Assembly: GCA_964558295.1 (NCBI GenBank)
Contig: CAZLDQ010000029.1
Coordinates: forward strand, 1 to 36,160
Source of the DNA: an uncultured Planctomycetaceae bacterium
GTDB lineage: Bacteria; Planctomycetota; Planctomycetia; Pirellulales; Thermoguttaceae
Reading direction: 5' to 3'
Length of the DNA stretch: 36,160 nucleotides
Shown: positions 26,828 through 35,382 of the stretch, one piece after another
Layout of the letters: each line of letters opens with the position of its first letter
Numbering within the stretch: the first letter of the stretch is position 1
Notes under the pieces: model-generated
Databases searched by the model: none
Told to the model about the DNA's origin: nothing
Seen by the model: the letters and a program-made list of their open reading frames with translations, nothing else
Made by a program: the position numbers and the translations under genes

Positions 26828-27100
26828 CCCCGCTCCTGGCTCCTCCGGGAATGGGGCTCGTCATATCTTCCAGCCGATTCCTTCGGCCGGCATCCTCCAG
26901 AATCCTTCATGCGCCACAATGAGGCCCGATTGCCAGATGCATGCCAGGAGTCGAATCGGCTACCGATCGGGCGACAGTGGCAGGGCTGGGGCCTGCATCA
27001 CCTGATCGCAGAAGGTAAGCACGGAAGTCATGCTGTCTGAACTTGTGTCCCATTCCCCGGGATACTCGGGCCCAACGTGCCGATCCGGCGAGTGGAAGCT
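26828..27100. repeat. Direct repeat copy 2 (partner of 26068-26340). Includes the last ~47 codons of the 26960-27838 gene plus ~130 bp downstream.
   Basis: See copy 1. The two copies are offset by 762 bp. Confidence 0.85.
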
Positions 27101-27838
27101 TGCCTGCCCGGTGGGTAGGTCAACGTACAGGACATCGCTTGCGTACTGCTCTTTCGCATCCGTTCCCCAGCCCCAGCGTATGCCGCAATCGTTGATGGCC
27201 AGAAGCTCACACAACGCCTTCAGGCAGTCTCCCTTCCGGTCGTAAGCCAGGTCCTTGTAGGTGCGCCTATAGTACATCTTCGCGCGGGTAGATGACTTCT
27301 GGGCGCGAAACAGCATCGCCGCGATTCTCCCTTCGTCGCCGCGGTTCTCCAGCGCTCGGAGGTAGTGCCTGGTGAGCGTGGGGGATGAACCGGCGAACAC
27401 GGTATCGGCGTCTACCGATGCGGCATCGGGGAGTTTTCGCTTGGGAGGCTTGGCCGCGTTGACCAGCTTCGTGGCGATTTTCAGTAGGGACTCCGGCGCC
27501 TTGCTTCTCCGCGATTCGCAAAACGCCTCAAATAGATGGGCCATGCTGAGGGAGGCTTTCCCAACGCGCTCCACCGCCCGAAAAACCTCGTCCCGATCCA
27601 GGTCGACAGGCCTTGCACGAACCACGGCAAGATACTCCCGCGTCTCACCGCGGCCGACCTCGTAGAGGCCATCCGGCAATCGGTAGACCAGCACCTTTCC
27701 TTTCCTGGTCGTCTTGTCTGGTTCCAGGAATTCCCGCGATAGTCGCCACTTCCGGTCATGCCCGGCGATGCTTGCCACATACGGCTTGCGGCCCTCGGAC
27801 TTCTCCAGGCGAATGGTGTGAACACTGGGCTTGGTCAT
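26960..27838 (-). CDS. Hypothetical phage protein (292 aa).
   Basis: Long minus-strand ORF in the phage block. No family recognised. C-terminus lies in repeat copy 2. Confidence 0.6.
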   Translation of the reverse strand: MTKPSVHTIRLEKSEGRKPYVASIAGHDRKWRLSREFLEPDKTTRKGKVLVYRLPDGLYEVGRGETREYLAVVRARPVDLDRDEVFRAVERVGKASLSMAHLFEAFCESRRSKAPESLLKIATKLVNAAKPPKRKLPDAASVDADTVFAGSSPTLTRHYLRALENRGDEGRIAAMLFRAQKSSTRAKMYYRRTYKDLAYDRKGDCLKALCELLAINDCGIRWGWGTDAKEQYASDVLYVDLPTGQASFHSPDRHVGPEYPGEWDTSSDSMTSVLTFCDQVMQAPALPLSPDR

Positions 27839-27939
27839 CGCTCCCTCACTCTTCCGCCGTCGCCCTGTCCCGTCTCTGCCGGGACAGGGGACATGGATTG
27901 TTTGGACCGGCTCTGCCGGCCTGGCTAAGACCGGCAGCG

Positions 27940-28584
27940 CTACACCACAGCCGGCTCTTCACTGGCCGCGTGGATCTTGTGCCGCTCGATCTCCTCGGGC
28001 GTGGCCTTGGCAATCCGCACGGGATAGACGACGTGATGCTCAAAGGTGCCGATGTCACCGCGGATTTCGAGGCTGGTCGTGGTCGAAACCTCCATCCGCT
28101 GGCCGATCTCACAAACCACAGCCCAGTCGGATGCTCTGCCGTAGTTGCGGTAAGCCGTCGCGTTACATTCGGCCACGTACCGGAAGGCCTCTTCCCGCGT
28201 GTCGAACTGCTCGAAGCGACGCGCACCCTCATCACAGAAATCGTCTGTGGAGAGCTTGTGTCTTGGCGGCACGTCGACCCAAGACATGGGCTCCCAGTCA
28301 ACGGCCCGTCCGAAGGCGACGGCAAACCGAGTGCCGTCAAAGATGCCCTCCGTGTGAAGAACCCCGCCATTCCCAATGGGTCCGGCCGATCGCAAACGCC
28401 CCTCTGCTTCCTTGGCCGTCGCGTGGAGACTCCGGACACTTCCCTCGTCCTGGTCCCACGTCACGGCCGCGATGGGAACCCGCTCGACCGTTGCCGGCTC
28501 GCCGCATCCGCTGCCCTTCGCCGTGCTGCTCGTCTGTCCGTCCTGGCCCTTCTTCACCGCACAATTCGACTTCAACGTAGACAT
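27940..28584 (-). CDS. Hypothetical phage protein (215 aa).
   Basis: Start at ATG 28584 (MSTLKSN), which has an AAGGGAG ribosome-binding site. The longer ORF to 28755 lacks one. Confidence 0.55.
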   Translation of the reverse strand: MSTLKSNCAVKKGQDGQTSSTAKGSGCGEPATVERVPIAAVTWDQDEGSVRSLHATAKEAEGRLRSAGPIGNGGVLHTEGIFDGTRFAVAFGRAVDWEPMSWVDVPPRHKLSTDDFCDEGARRFEQFDTREEAFRYVAECNATAYRNYGRASDWAVVCEIGQRMEVSTTTSLEIRGDIGTFEHHVVYPVRIAKATPEEIERHKIHAASEEPAVV

Positions 28585-29102
28585 CTGGTGAAACTCCCTT
28601 CTCGCTGGCGGAGGGCAGCAAGAAAAGACGCTGGGCCCAGTTGCTCGGTTGAAATGCGGCTTGGAAGAAACCGCCGACTGCGCCTTGCTCCCCGCCTCCG
28701 CGGATCGGTGCTTCTGCGCAGCCCCAAGTAACTGGGCCCAGGATCTGATGTTCATCGATTTGTCCTTCCAATTTGCGGGATTTCACGCCCGGATGACGCA
28801 ATGGAAGATGCGTCATCAAGGGTAAGTATCGCCAGCAGCCCCGCCGCTGTCAAGCATCGGCCGTCCCGGCGAAATGCCATCTCTTCTATGTCTATTGCGA
28901 TTTCGGACGATTTCCGGGCAGTTCAAAATTCTGAACGCCCCCGCCATAGGATTACATCGCCTGGCGTCGCCCCTGGGCCCCGGAGAGGCCCGGTTGCGCT
29001 CGACGTGCTAGCAGTCGAACCGGCCATCGAACGGGCAATGGCGGCCGTCCTGGCGGGTCGGTTCCCGTCACTCTAGAGTTTCCGGAGTTGATTCGCACGT
29101 CA

Positions 29103-31130
29103 CTACCCTTGTGCCGTCTGGTTGGGAGGGCTGGCGGGGACGTCGGTGCTCCACGGCAGGTACAACTCGACGGCTCGACCGCGTTTGCCGGTGGCATCGT
29201 AGGCAGCAACTGCTACCCATTCGTCGCCGGTCTGCTCGCGGACCGTGAGGTAGATGTCCTGGCCGGGGACGGCGCGCTGGCGGTCGTCGGGCACATCGGA
29301 GAGGTCAACGGGTGACTCGGGACTGAACCAGACTCCCCAGTAAATGGCCTCATCGCCGGTAATCATCGGTTCGGAGGTCCAGGTGATCGTCGTCAAGCCC
29401 ATCGAGACGTTGGCGGCCAAGTCGGCGGCCCAAGGGAGGTCCTGAATCGGCGGCTGGCCATCGGCGATGGTGACGAGGGTGGCCGTGTCCGGCCGGGCCC
29501 GGTGCCAGTAGAGGCCTTCTTTGGCGCAGCCTTCGACCCACATCCGATAGGTGCCTGGGGCGATGGCCACGTCGGGGAACTCCAGCGGGGCGGCTTCCGG
29601 GTCGATGGTGCCAAGCTCGGTAATGAGGCCCGTGGCCGTGTCTTCGGCCATCAGGTGGAGCTTTGGCTTGGCGAAAACCTGAAAGCGGATCGGCAGCACT
29701 ACCCGCGTCGGCGTCCGTAGCTCGCGGATCGTGTAGCGGATCGGGAGAACCACGCGTGTGGGCGTCCGCACGTCCTCCCTGATCGAGAATTGGATCGGAA
29801 GCACTACCCGGGTCGGCGTTCGGACATCTTCCCGAATGGCAAAGCGGATCGGCAGGACCACACGGGTGGGCGTGCGCACATCTTCCCGGATCTGGTAACG
29901 AGACACCACCACGGTTCCTGTCGGCGTGCGCACATCTTCCCGGATCTGGTAGCGAGAGACCACTACGGTTCCTGTCGGCGTGCGTACGTCGGCCACGATT
30001 TGGTAACGCGAAATGACGACGGTCCCCATCGGAACTCGCGGCGTCGGCGTGATTTCGACGGTTGCGGAATCCGTGGCCTGGAGACAATCGTTCCACGAGC
30101 TGATGGTGTAGGTTGTGGTCTCCGTAGGGTAGACGATCACGGTCCCGTGATAGTTCGGGTATTGCGAGTCGTCCAACTCCAGGGGACCGACACCCGAAAT
30201 GCTCGCCGATGCGGTGCCAGCGCCGGCCGTGTCGGCGGCCGTGACAGACCAATTCAACGTCACGGCTTGGCCGGCCGTCGTCGATGCCGGAGATGCTGAG
30301 AGGCTAACGGTGTTGCCTTGCGGCGTCGGTAGCGTGATGTTGCTGGTCGTCGTGCCGTTGGGGTTGGTTGCCGTGACTTCGAGCGTCAGGGGTGGTTTGG
30401 GATCGCTGCTGCTGACGGATGCGGGGATACTCGAGATGCCGACACGTGCGGTGCAAGGGTATCCCAACTCCGAAAAGTCGCTTGGTCCGGTCTGGGTGCC
30501 ACCTGAGACGGTGTTCCCGTCGCCGTCCAACACTCGCCAGGACCACGAATAGGCCCGGTACAGGTCGATGTCTGCCACCACGGTAACAGACGGCCCACAA
30601 TCCAATCGGAGAGAAACGGGCGTGATGGTGGGCTTCGTTGTGGTGTCGATCGCTACACTGACTTCGTGGGTTTCGAGGACATCCGTGAAGTCCTCGCCGT
30701 ACACCCGAACGTAGAGGGTTCTGGATGCACTTGTCGGCGCATAGCCGATCACGCCAACCTGAGGCCACGACGGCGGACTGCCGCCATAGATGCTGTACCC
30801 ATAGGGCTCGTTTTGCCCATCGTCGTAGCTGCACGTCATGTTGCAGTGGGTGCCGTCTTGCATGCTGGCCTGGTGAGCCGTGACGTCAATCACGTACGAT
30901 TCACCCGGGAGAATCGTCGTACAGCCCTTCTCAGAACGTGGCTCGCCAAGAGTGATGTAGGCCATATCAGAACGCCTCCCCGGCTTCGGTCGCGTTGCCG
31001 TTGTCGCCCGCTGCCAGCCGGTTTGCCCGCTCGCCAAAGGCCGCGACAGCATAGCCGTCATGAGCCAGGCTTGTCCTCCAGCCGCTAGCGCCCCCAACAG
31101 CACCACCGCAAAGATGACTCGTCGCCCCAT
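29103..31130 (-). CDS. Large tail-fibre/host-specificity or surface-adhesin-like protein with Ig-like Thr/Ser-rich regions and seven 18-aa tandem repeats. Has an N-terminal signal-peptide-like segment.
   Basis: Sits downstream of the tape-measure gene. Central region has TLEVTATNPNGTTTSN...TLNWSVTA Ig-like segments. Repeats are (T/R)VV(V/L)(S/P)(R/I)(Y/F)QIREDVRTPT. Start ATG 31130 has AGGAGG 8 nt upstream; the alternative ATG 30965 (MAYITLGEP) has GGGGAGG. Confidence 0.6.
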   Translation of the reverse strand: MGRRVIFAVVLLGALAAGGQAWLMTAMLSRPLASGQTGWQRATTATRPKPGRRSDMAYITLGEPRSEKGCTTILPGESYVIDVTAHQASMQDGTHCNMTCSYDDGQNEPYGYSIYGGSPPSWPQVGVIGYAPTSASRTLYVRVYGEDFTDVLETHEVSVAIDTTTKPTITPVSLRLDCGPSVTVVADIDLYRAYSWSWRVLDGDGNTVSGGTQTGPSDFSELGYPCTARVGISSIPASVSSSDPKPPLTLEVTATNPNGTTTSNITLPTPQGNTVSLSASPASTTAGQAVTLNWSVTAADTAGAGTASASISGVGPLELDDSQYPNYHGTVIVYPTETTTYTISSWNDCLQATDSATVEITPTPRVPMGTVVISRYQIVADVRTPTGTVVVSRYQIREDVRTPTGTVVVSRYQIREDVRTPTRVVLPIRFAIREDVRTPTRVVLPIQFSIREDVRTPTRVVLPIRYTIRELRTPTRVVLPIRFQVFAKPKLHLMAEDTATGLITELGTIDPEAAPLEFPDVAIAPGTYRMWVEGCAKEGLYWHRARPDTATLVTIADGQPPIQDLPWAADLAANVSMGLTTITWTSEPMITGDEAIYWGVWFSPESPVDLSDVPDDRQRAVPGQDIYLTVREQTGDEWVAVAAYDATGKRGRAVELYLPWSTDVPASPPNQTAQG
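29680..30030. repeat. ~6.5 in-frame 54-bp tandem repeats inside the 29103-31130 gene.
   Basis: DNA units (...cacggttcctgtcggcgtgcgcacatcttcccggatctggtagcgagagaccac...) repeat with a few substitutions. Encode the 18-aa protein repeats. Confidence 0.85.
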
Positions 31131-31168
31131 GTGTCCGCCCTCCTGGAATGCCATCAGACGCGTTCATA

Positions 31169-31513
31169 TTACACCTCGGTCTCTTGGGAATCCACCGCGC
31201 CGGTCAGGAAGTAATGGAGCGGCAGACTCCTGCCGTTGATGACCGTCTCGCCGGCAGGGTCGACAATCACGGAATCAGCACCGAAAGCCATCGCGTCGTG
31301 GAAGACGGCTTCCAGCGTGACACGGCTCTTGATTGCCAACGGGACCGCGTCCGCGCTGTTCGTCGCTTTGAGAAACCGCCTGACGAGGTCTTCGTCACTC
31401 CAAACGGCAAGCTGCTGCCGGCCGTTGCCGGTCGCGAATCCCGCGAAACCGGCTCGCTGGGGAAAGGCGATGACATATAGGGGGTAGTCCCAAGCAAATA
31501 GCGGTTCGTTCAT
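31169..31513 (-). CDS. SseB-like small protein (115 aa), hypothetical phage accessory/chaperone-like.
   Basis: Pattern LYVIAFPQ..GF.GFATGNG..LAVWSDEDL...VPLAIKS...AFGADSVIVDPAG resembles the SseB/YbjN-like fold. Sits immediately 3' of the tape-measure gene. Confidence 0.5.
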   Translation of the reverse strand: MNEPLFAWDYPLYVIAFPQRAGFAGFATGNGRQQLAVWSDEDLVRRFLKATNSADAVPLAIKSRVTLEAVFHDAMAFGADSVIVDPAGETVINGRSLPLHYFLTGAVDSQETEV

Positions 31514-31523
31514 TGGCTTAACC

Positions 31524-33482
31524 TCAAATGTCCACGCTGTCCTCATCCTGATCCCCCTGCAAAAGCTCGACAAGGGCGGCCGTGTTTTCGGCCGTGCGCT
31601 TGGCGGCGTCCAGGGCGGACCGCTGTTCGTTGCCTTTTTCCTTTTGGGTCATCGCCTCGAGAATCCGGCTATAGGCTTCGGCCGAGCCGCGTTCCATGGC
31701 GCCGGCATAGGGTTTGTCGGGGCTGCCCTCGGCCTGGCCGTATTTGTCGGCCGCATCCTGGAGGGCCGCGTCGCGAGTAAGGATGTCGATGTTGCCGGAG
31801 TTGTAGAGTTCCTGGATCCGGGCGACCTGGTCCTGCAGGTCCTGGACCGGCGAGCGGAACTGTTCCATCATCTGCTGGCCGGCATGCTTGAGGGCCTCGG
31901 CTTTTTCCAGTCCGGCCATCTCCCTTTGCAGCCGTTTGAACTCCGCGATTTGCTCGGGCGTGACGCCTGGCGTTTCGGAGAATCGCCGCAAGGCAATCTG
32001 GGCATCCGTCAGGTTGCCCTGGAGTTGCTCCACTCGCTCGATCATGTCGCTGATCTGGCCGGCCGCGGACTCGCGTCCCTGCTCTTGCTTTCGAACCGCG
32101 TCCGCCTGCGCATCGGCCGCCGCTTTGGCCGCGGACTCTTGCTCCTTGAGCAGACGCAGCCGCTCTTGAGCGTCGGCAATCGCTCCGAGTGTCGCATCGT
32201 CAGCCCCGGCCGCTTGGATTTCGAGGAATTTCGTCTGCATCGCGTCCATGCCAAAGGTGTCAATCTGGGTCTGGAGTTGAGCGAGGTAATCCTGTGCCTT
32301 CTCAACGGACTGAGCCACGGCGCTTCCGATCTGCGCGGCACTATCCGCGGCGTCTGTCACATCCAAGGGAGGCACCGGGAGCTTGCCTATTTCGGACAGT
32401 TTGCGGCGCATCTCCTGAATCTGCTCGTCGATCAGTTCAGACGGCGCTCTGCTATTGGCAAGCTGCTCCCACCACTCGCCAAGCGGATCACCCGCTTCTT
32501 GGCCACTGGCAAGCCGGCTCACCGGCTCGATGAGAACCGCGTCGCCCAGCTTGGCCGTTTGCTTTGCGACTTCGGCCAGGTCCGCCGCCCCCTTGGCCCA
32601 CCAGTCGAAGGAAGTGAATCGCTCAAGGACTCCCATTTGCGCGATTTCCGCGTTGGTCAATCCGGTCGCGGCCTGCTGCGCCTCGGCCGTGGCCCCTGCC
32701 AGGTCGCGCATCCCAATCGCCGCGGCCTTGACGTAGGGCACCACCCGCCCGCCAAGCGTCTCCCCCAGGTCGCCCAAGGCGTTCTTGGCCTGGGTCACGG
32801 GATCGGCCATCGCCTGGGCCGCGCCGCCGAACTCGCTCTTCAGTTCCGCTAAGATGATCCGCTGCGCGCCGGCAACGTCGCCGGCTTCCTGGAGGGCTTT
32901 GATTTGGGCTTTTTGCTGCTCGGTGAAGCTCACGCCAACCCGGGAAAGGGCGGTCAGCCCTTGGATGGGATCGTTGAGCGCCTTGCCGAGCTGCACGGCG
33001 GAAGACTGAAGGCTTTGGCCCATGACCGTACTCATGTCCTGCGCCGCCGCAATTGCGTTCTTGAAGATATCCGCCTTGATCTCCTTAAACGTCGCCAAGA
33101 CCGCCATGCTCGATAGGGTCGCTTCGTCGCCGAAATTGGTCACGTTCTGCAACGCACTGGCGTATTCCTTCAACGCCTGCATCGACAGGCCTGCCGCGCC
33201 TTGGGTGGCGTTCAGGACGGCGGCGAGCTTGTTTTCCGCGTTGATCTGCTCGCGATAGAGGGCCATCGTGCCGGCCACGCCGGCAGCAAGGCCGCCGCCG
33301 GCCATCAGGCCGCCAAGGCCGGCCGCCCCGCCGATTCCTGAAAGAACTCCGTTCACCTGCCCCACCGCCCCGTGGGCAAAGGAGTTGAACCGGCCAAGGT
33401 CGCGAGTAATGTCTTTGACTGCGCCGCTGACCTGGTTCCGCGCCATGAGGTTGATGACCAGGTCGCCAATTGCCGTTGCCAT
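31524..33482 (-). CDS. Phage tail tape-measure protein.
   Basis: Tape-measure core motif LSRVGVSFTEQQKAQIKALQEAGDVAGAQRIILAELKSEFGGAA. Gly-rich N-terminal transmembrane-like segment. Long Ala/Gln/Glu coiled-coil C-terminal part. Confidence 0.82.
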   Translation of the reverse strand: MATAIGDLVINLMARNQVSGAVKDITRDLGRFNSFAHGAVGQVNGVLSGIGGAAGLGGLMAGGGLAAGVAGTMALYREQINAENKLAAVLNATQGAAGLSMQALKEYASALQNVTNFGDEATLSSMAVLATFKEIKADIFKNAIAAAQDMSTVMGQSLQSSAVQLGKALNDPIQGLTALSRVGVSFTEQQKAQIKALQEAGDVAGAQRIILAELKSEFGGAAQAMADPVTQAKNALGDLGETLGGRVVPYVKAAAIGMRDLAGATAEAQQAATGLTNAEIAQMGVLERFTSFDWWAKGAADLAEVAKQTAKLGDAVLIEPVSRLASGQEAGDPLGEWWEQLANSRAPSELIDEQIQEMRRKLSEIGKLPVPPLDVTDAADSAAQIGSAVAQSVEKAQDYLAQLQTQIDTFGMDAMQTKFLEIQAAGADDATLGAIADAQERLRLLKEQESAAKAAADAQADAVRKQEQGRESAAGQISDMIERVEQLQGNLTDAQIALRRFSETPGVTPEQIAEFKRLQREMAGLEKAEALKHAGQQMMEQFRSPVQDLQDQVARIQELYNSGNIDILTRDAALQDAADKYGQAEGSPDKPYAGAMERGSAEAYSRILEAMTQKEKGNEQRSALDAAKRTAENTAALVELLQGDQDEDSVDI

Positions 33483-33529
33483 GGTGTTGTTGCTCCAATC
33501 TGTCTGTTATTGGCCTAGTCGACTGCCCG

Positions 33530-34204
33530 TCACATGCCGGCCACTTCGAGCGCCACCAGCCGGGCTCGAACCCATGGCGGCACATTGGGGTAGCGGTCCC
33601 ACGTCTCGCGGGCCGTTGACGCGCCAAGCCGGCCGTACATTGCGGCCACGGAACCCGGCATAGGCAGGGTGGAACCGCTGCGAGCGTGGGCCGTGGTCGC
33701 AGCGTAGGCGGGGAAGGTGACTGGTCCGACGTCGTACAGATTGACTTCCATGATCTCACGAACGTCCCATTCGGTCGATAGATTGGTCCACCGTTCCTTC
33801 GTGACGCCGAAGGAAAACGATGATCCGTTGATCTCGCCACGTTTCAACCAGATCCAGCCATTGCGGGCTGGGGTCGTGTCTCCCGCGGCAATCTCATAAA
33901 ACAGTCCCACTCGGTCCTCTGTTAGCCGCACCGATCCGGCTCGCGTTGTGCCGAGGACCATGCTGGGGTCATGGTTGAACAGCGCACGGCAGTTGTCCTC
34001 GCGGATCGCTCGGGTAAACGCCCCCGGCATGATCCGCTCAACCGCCCCCGGCTTGCCGCGTCTCGGTTTCCAGAGCGTATATTCCGTCCGCGGGTCTCCC
34101 GGCCGGTAGAACACGGCCGCATAGCCGGAGAACGAATAGCCGTCGCTTCGTTGATCAACGCCACCGATGGCGGTCGATCGTCGTTCACTCGTCGCGGTCT
34201 CCAT
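33530..34204 (-). CDS. HK97-family prohead (capsid maturation) protease.
   Basis: Motifs GYAAVF, MPGAF, LFNHD, LGTTR, LTEDRVGLF, SFGF match the prohead protease family (peptidase U35/S78). Start ATG 34204 has a GAGGG ribosome-binding site. Confidence 0.85.
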   Translation of the reverse strand: METATSERRSTAIGGVDQRSDGYSFSGYAAVFYRPGDPRTEYTLWKPRRGKPGAVERIMPGAFTRAIREDNCRALFNHDPSMVLGTTRAGSVRLTEDRVGLFYEIAAGDTTPARNGWIWLKRGEINGSSFSFGVTKERWTNLSTEWDVREIMEVNLYDVGPVTFPAYAATTAHARSGSTLPMPGSVAAMYGRLGASTARETWDRYPNVPPWVRARLVALEVAGM

Positions 34205-34208
34205 GATC

Positions 34209-34430
34209 TCAACCCTCACTATGCCGGCGGATGATGCGTTCCTGTTCGTCGATGTCGCGTTCGTCGATCTCGCACACACGCAACTCGACGGCTCGCCGGC
34301 CAGGCGGCAGGGCAGCCGCGGCCGCGCGTCGCTCCCGGATCGCGGCCCGCTGCTGTTCGATCAGCCGCAAGGAATTATTCAGAACCTTTTCGGCGCGGTT
34401 CTCACCGCCGCTCGTTGTTTCCCGATCCAT
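34209..34430 (-). CDS. Small Arg/Glu-rich hypothetical protein (73 aa).
   Basis: ORF abutting the protease start. Overlaps the next ORF by 29 nt. Low confidence. Confidence 0.3.
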   Translation of the reverse strand: MDRETTSGGENRAEKVLNNSLRLIEQQRAAIRERRAAAAALPPGRRAVELRVCEIDERDIDEQERIIRRHSEG

Positions 34431-34635
34431 CCGAAAGACTCCTCAACAAATGGTCGTGCAAATCGCCCTCTTCGCGCAACGCGGCCGCTTGGGCGTCCAG
34501 TTCGGCCAGCCGCTCTGGGGCGCCCACCTCGTCGGCGAGTCGCCGCGCTCGATGGTAGGCTTTCCATTTCCCACGCAGCCGGGCCGTGTCGCCGGCTGCG
34601 ATGATTTCGAGTTGTTCGGGGGGAAGCGGGCCCAT
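34402..34635 (-). CDS. Small hypothetical protein (77 aa).
   Basis: ORF between the 226-aa protein and the protease. Low confidence. Confidence 0.3.
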   Translation of the reverse strand: MGPLPPEQLEIIAAGDTARLRGKWKAYHRARRLADEVGAPERLAELDAQAAALREEGDLHDHLLRSLSDGSGNNERR

Positions 34636-34645
34636 TGGACAACCC

Positions 34646-35323
34646 CTAATACGTGTTAAACGCGTCCAGATGCTGACGTTCCTTTTGATCCATAAAGCTC
34701 CAAAACTCGGAAGTGGTCATGTCAAGAATTCCGGCCTCACGTGCATTGCAACGCCATGCGTAAGCCGCGCCGGCAACACTCATGGTGAGTCGCGGGAGGT
34801 GGGCCGCCAGTGGCAAGCCCACAGCCGCCGCCTGTCGATGGAGTTCCGCTTCACACACGAGGCTTTCCTCAAGTTGCAGGAGAGCGTTGTGAATCTTCTT
34901 GCCAAGTTCACGCCACTCGGGCCGGATCGCATCGGCCACCACAGCGGCCGCCTTTTGCCGGCAAACCGAAACAGCCGCTTCCTGACGCCGAATCGCCTGT
35001 TCGATGGCGAGTTTCTCTGCATATAACCTGCGAATCTCACCTTGACGATCCTCGACTCTGCGAGTGTCGACCTCGTCGATGGCGCCGGGAGTTCCCTTGC
35101 CTGCGAGCAACGCATCGACTCGCGCGGAAACGGCGGTTTGCGCGACGTCTCCGGCATCTGCGTTCCCTCTGATGCGGGTCTCGACTTCGCGCAGGCCTTC
35201 GCGCAGTTCCTCCAGCATCCCCGCTGCGGCCCGGTAGTCGGCAAAGCGGGGATCGTCGGGAAATCGGCGAACAACCGCTATGGCGTCGGTTCCCGTGCTT
35301 GCTTGTTGCGCTGTCTTCGTCAT
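34646..35323 (-). CDS. Hypothetical coiled-coil phage protein (226 aa).
   Basis: AAGGA ribosome-binding site 9 nt upstream of ATG 35323. Helical and Ala/Arg/Glu-rich. Not capsid-like. Confidence 0.5.
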   Translation of the reverse strand: MTKTAQQASTGTDAIAVVRRFPDDPRFADYRAAAGMLEELREGLREVETRIRGNADAGDVAQTAVSARVDALLAGKGTPGAIDEVDTRRVEDRQGEIRRLYAEKLAIEQAIRRQEAAVSVCRQKAAAVVADAIRPEWRELGKKIHNALLQLEESLVCEAELHRQAAAVGLPLAAHLPRLTMSVAGAAYAWRCNAREAGILDMTTSEFWSFMDQKERQHLDAFNTY

Positions 35324-35382
35324 TTCGTTTAATCCTTGAAAGAGGGACACGTGAAAAGCTCGGCGACGTGCCGAGCCAAAGG

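Noticed and set aside
28590-28605. CCCTTCTCG match to the tRNA-Leu 3' end (TCCCTTCTCGGCT) as a candidate attR.
   Set aside because: Only 9-10 nt match before divergence. It lies in the middle of the phage block rather than at an end. It is judged coincidental. The real attR is expected beyond 36160.
27613-28731. Long plus-strand ORFs (372 aa at 27613-28731 and 249 aa at 27831-28580), antisense to the phage hypothetical genes.
   Set aside because: Arg/Pro-rich low-complexity translations typical of out-of-frame or antisense reading of GC-rich coding DNA. No ribosome-binding site. They fully overlap better-supported minus-strand genes.
29680-30030. Possibility that the 54-bp tandem repeats are a CRISPR array.
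   Set aside because: The units are contiguous with no unique spacers, are in frame within a long ORF, and encode a coherent 18-aa peptide repeat. No cas genes are present.
31644-32852. 402-aa plus-strand ORF antisense to the tape-measure gene. Similar antisense ORFs lie at 8123-9319 opposite ilvD and 10168-11490 opposite xylA.
   Set aside because: These are shadows of strongly supported genes on the opposite strand. The translations are low-complexity, rich in G, R, A and L.
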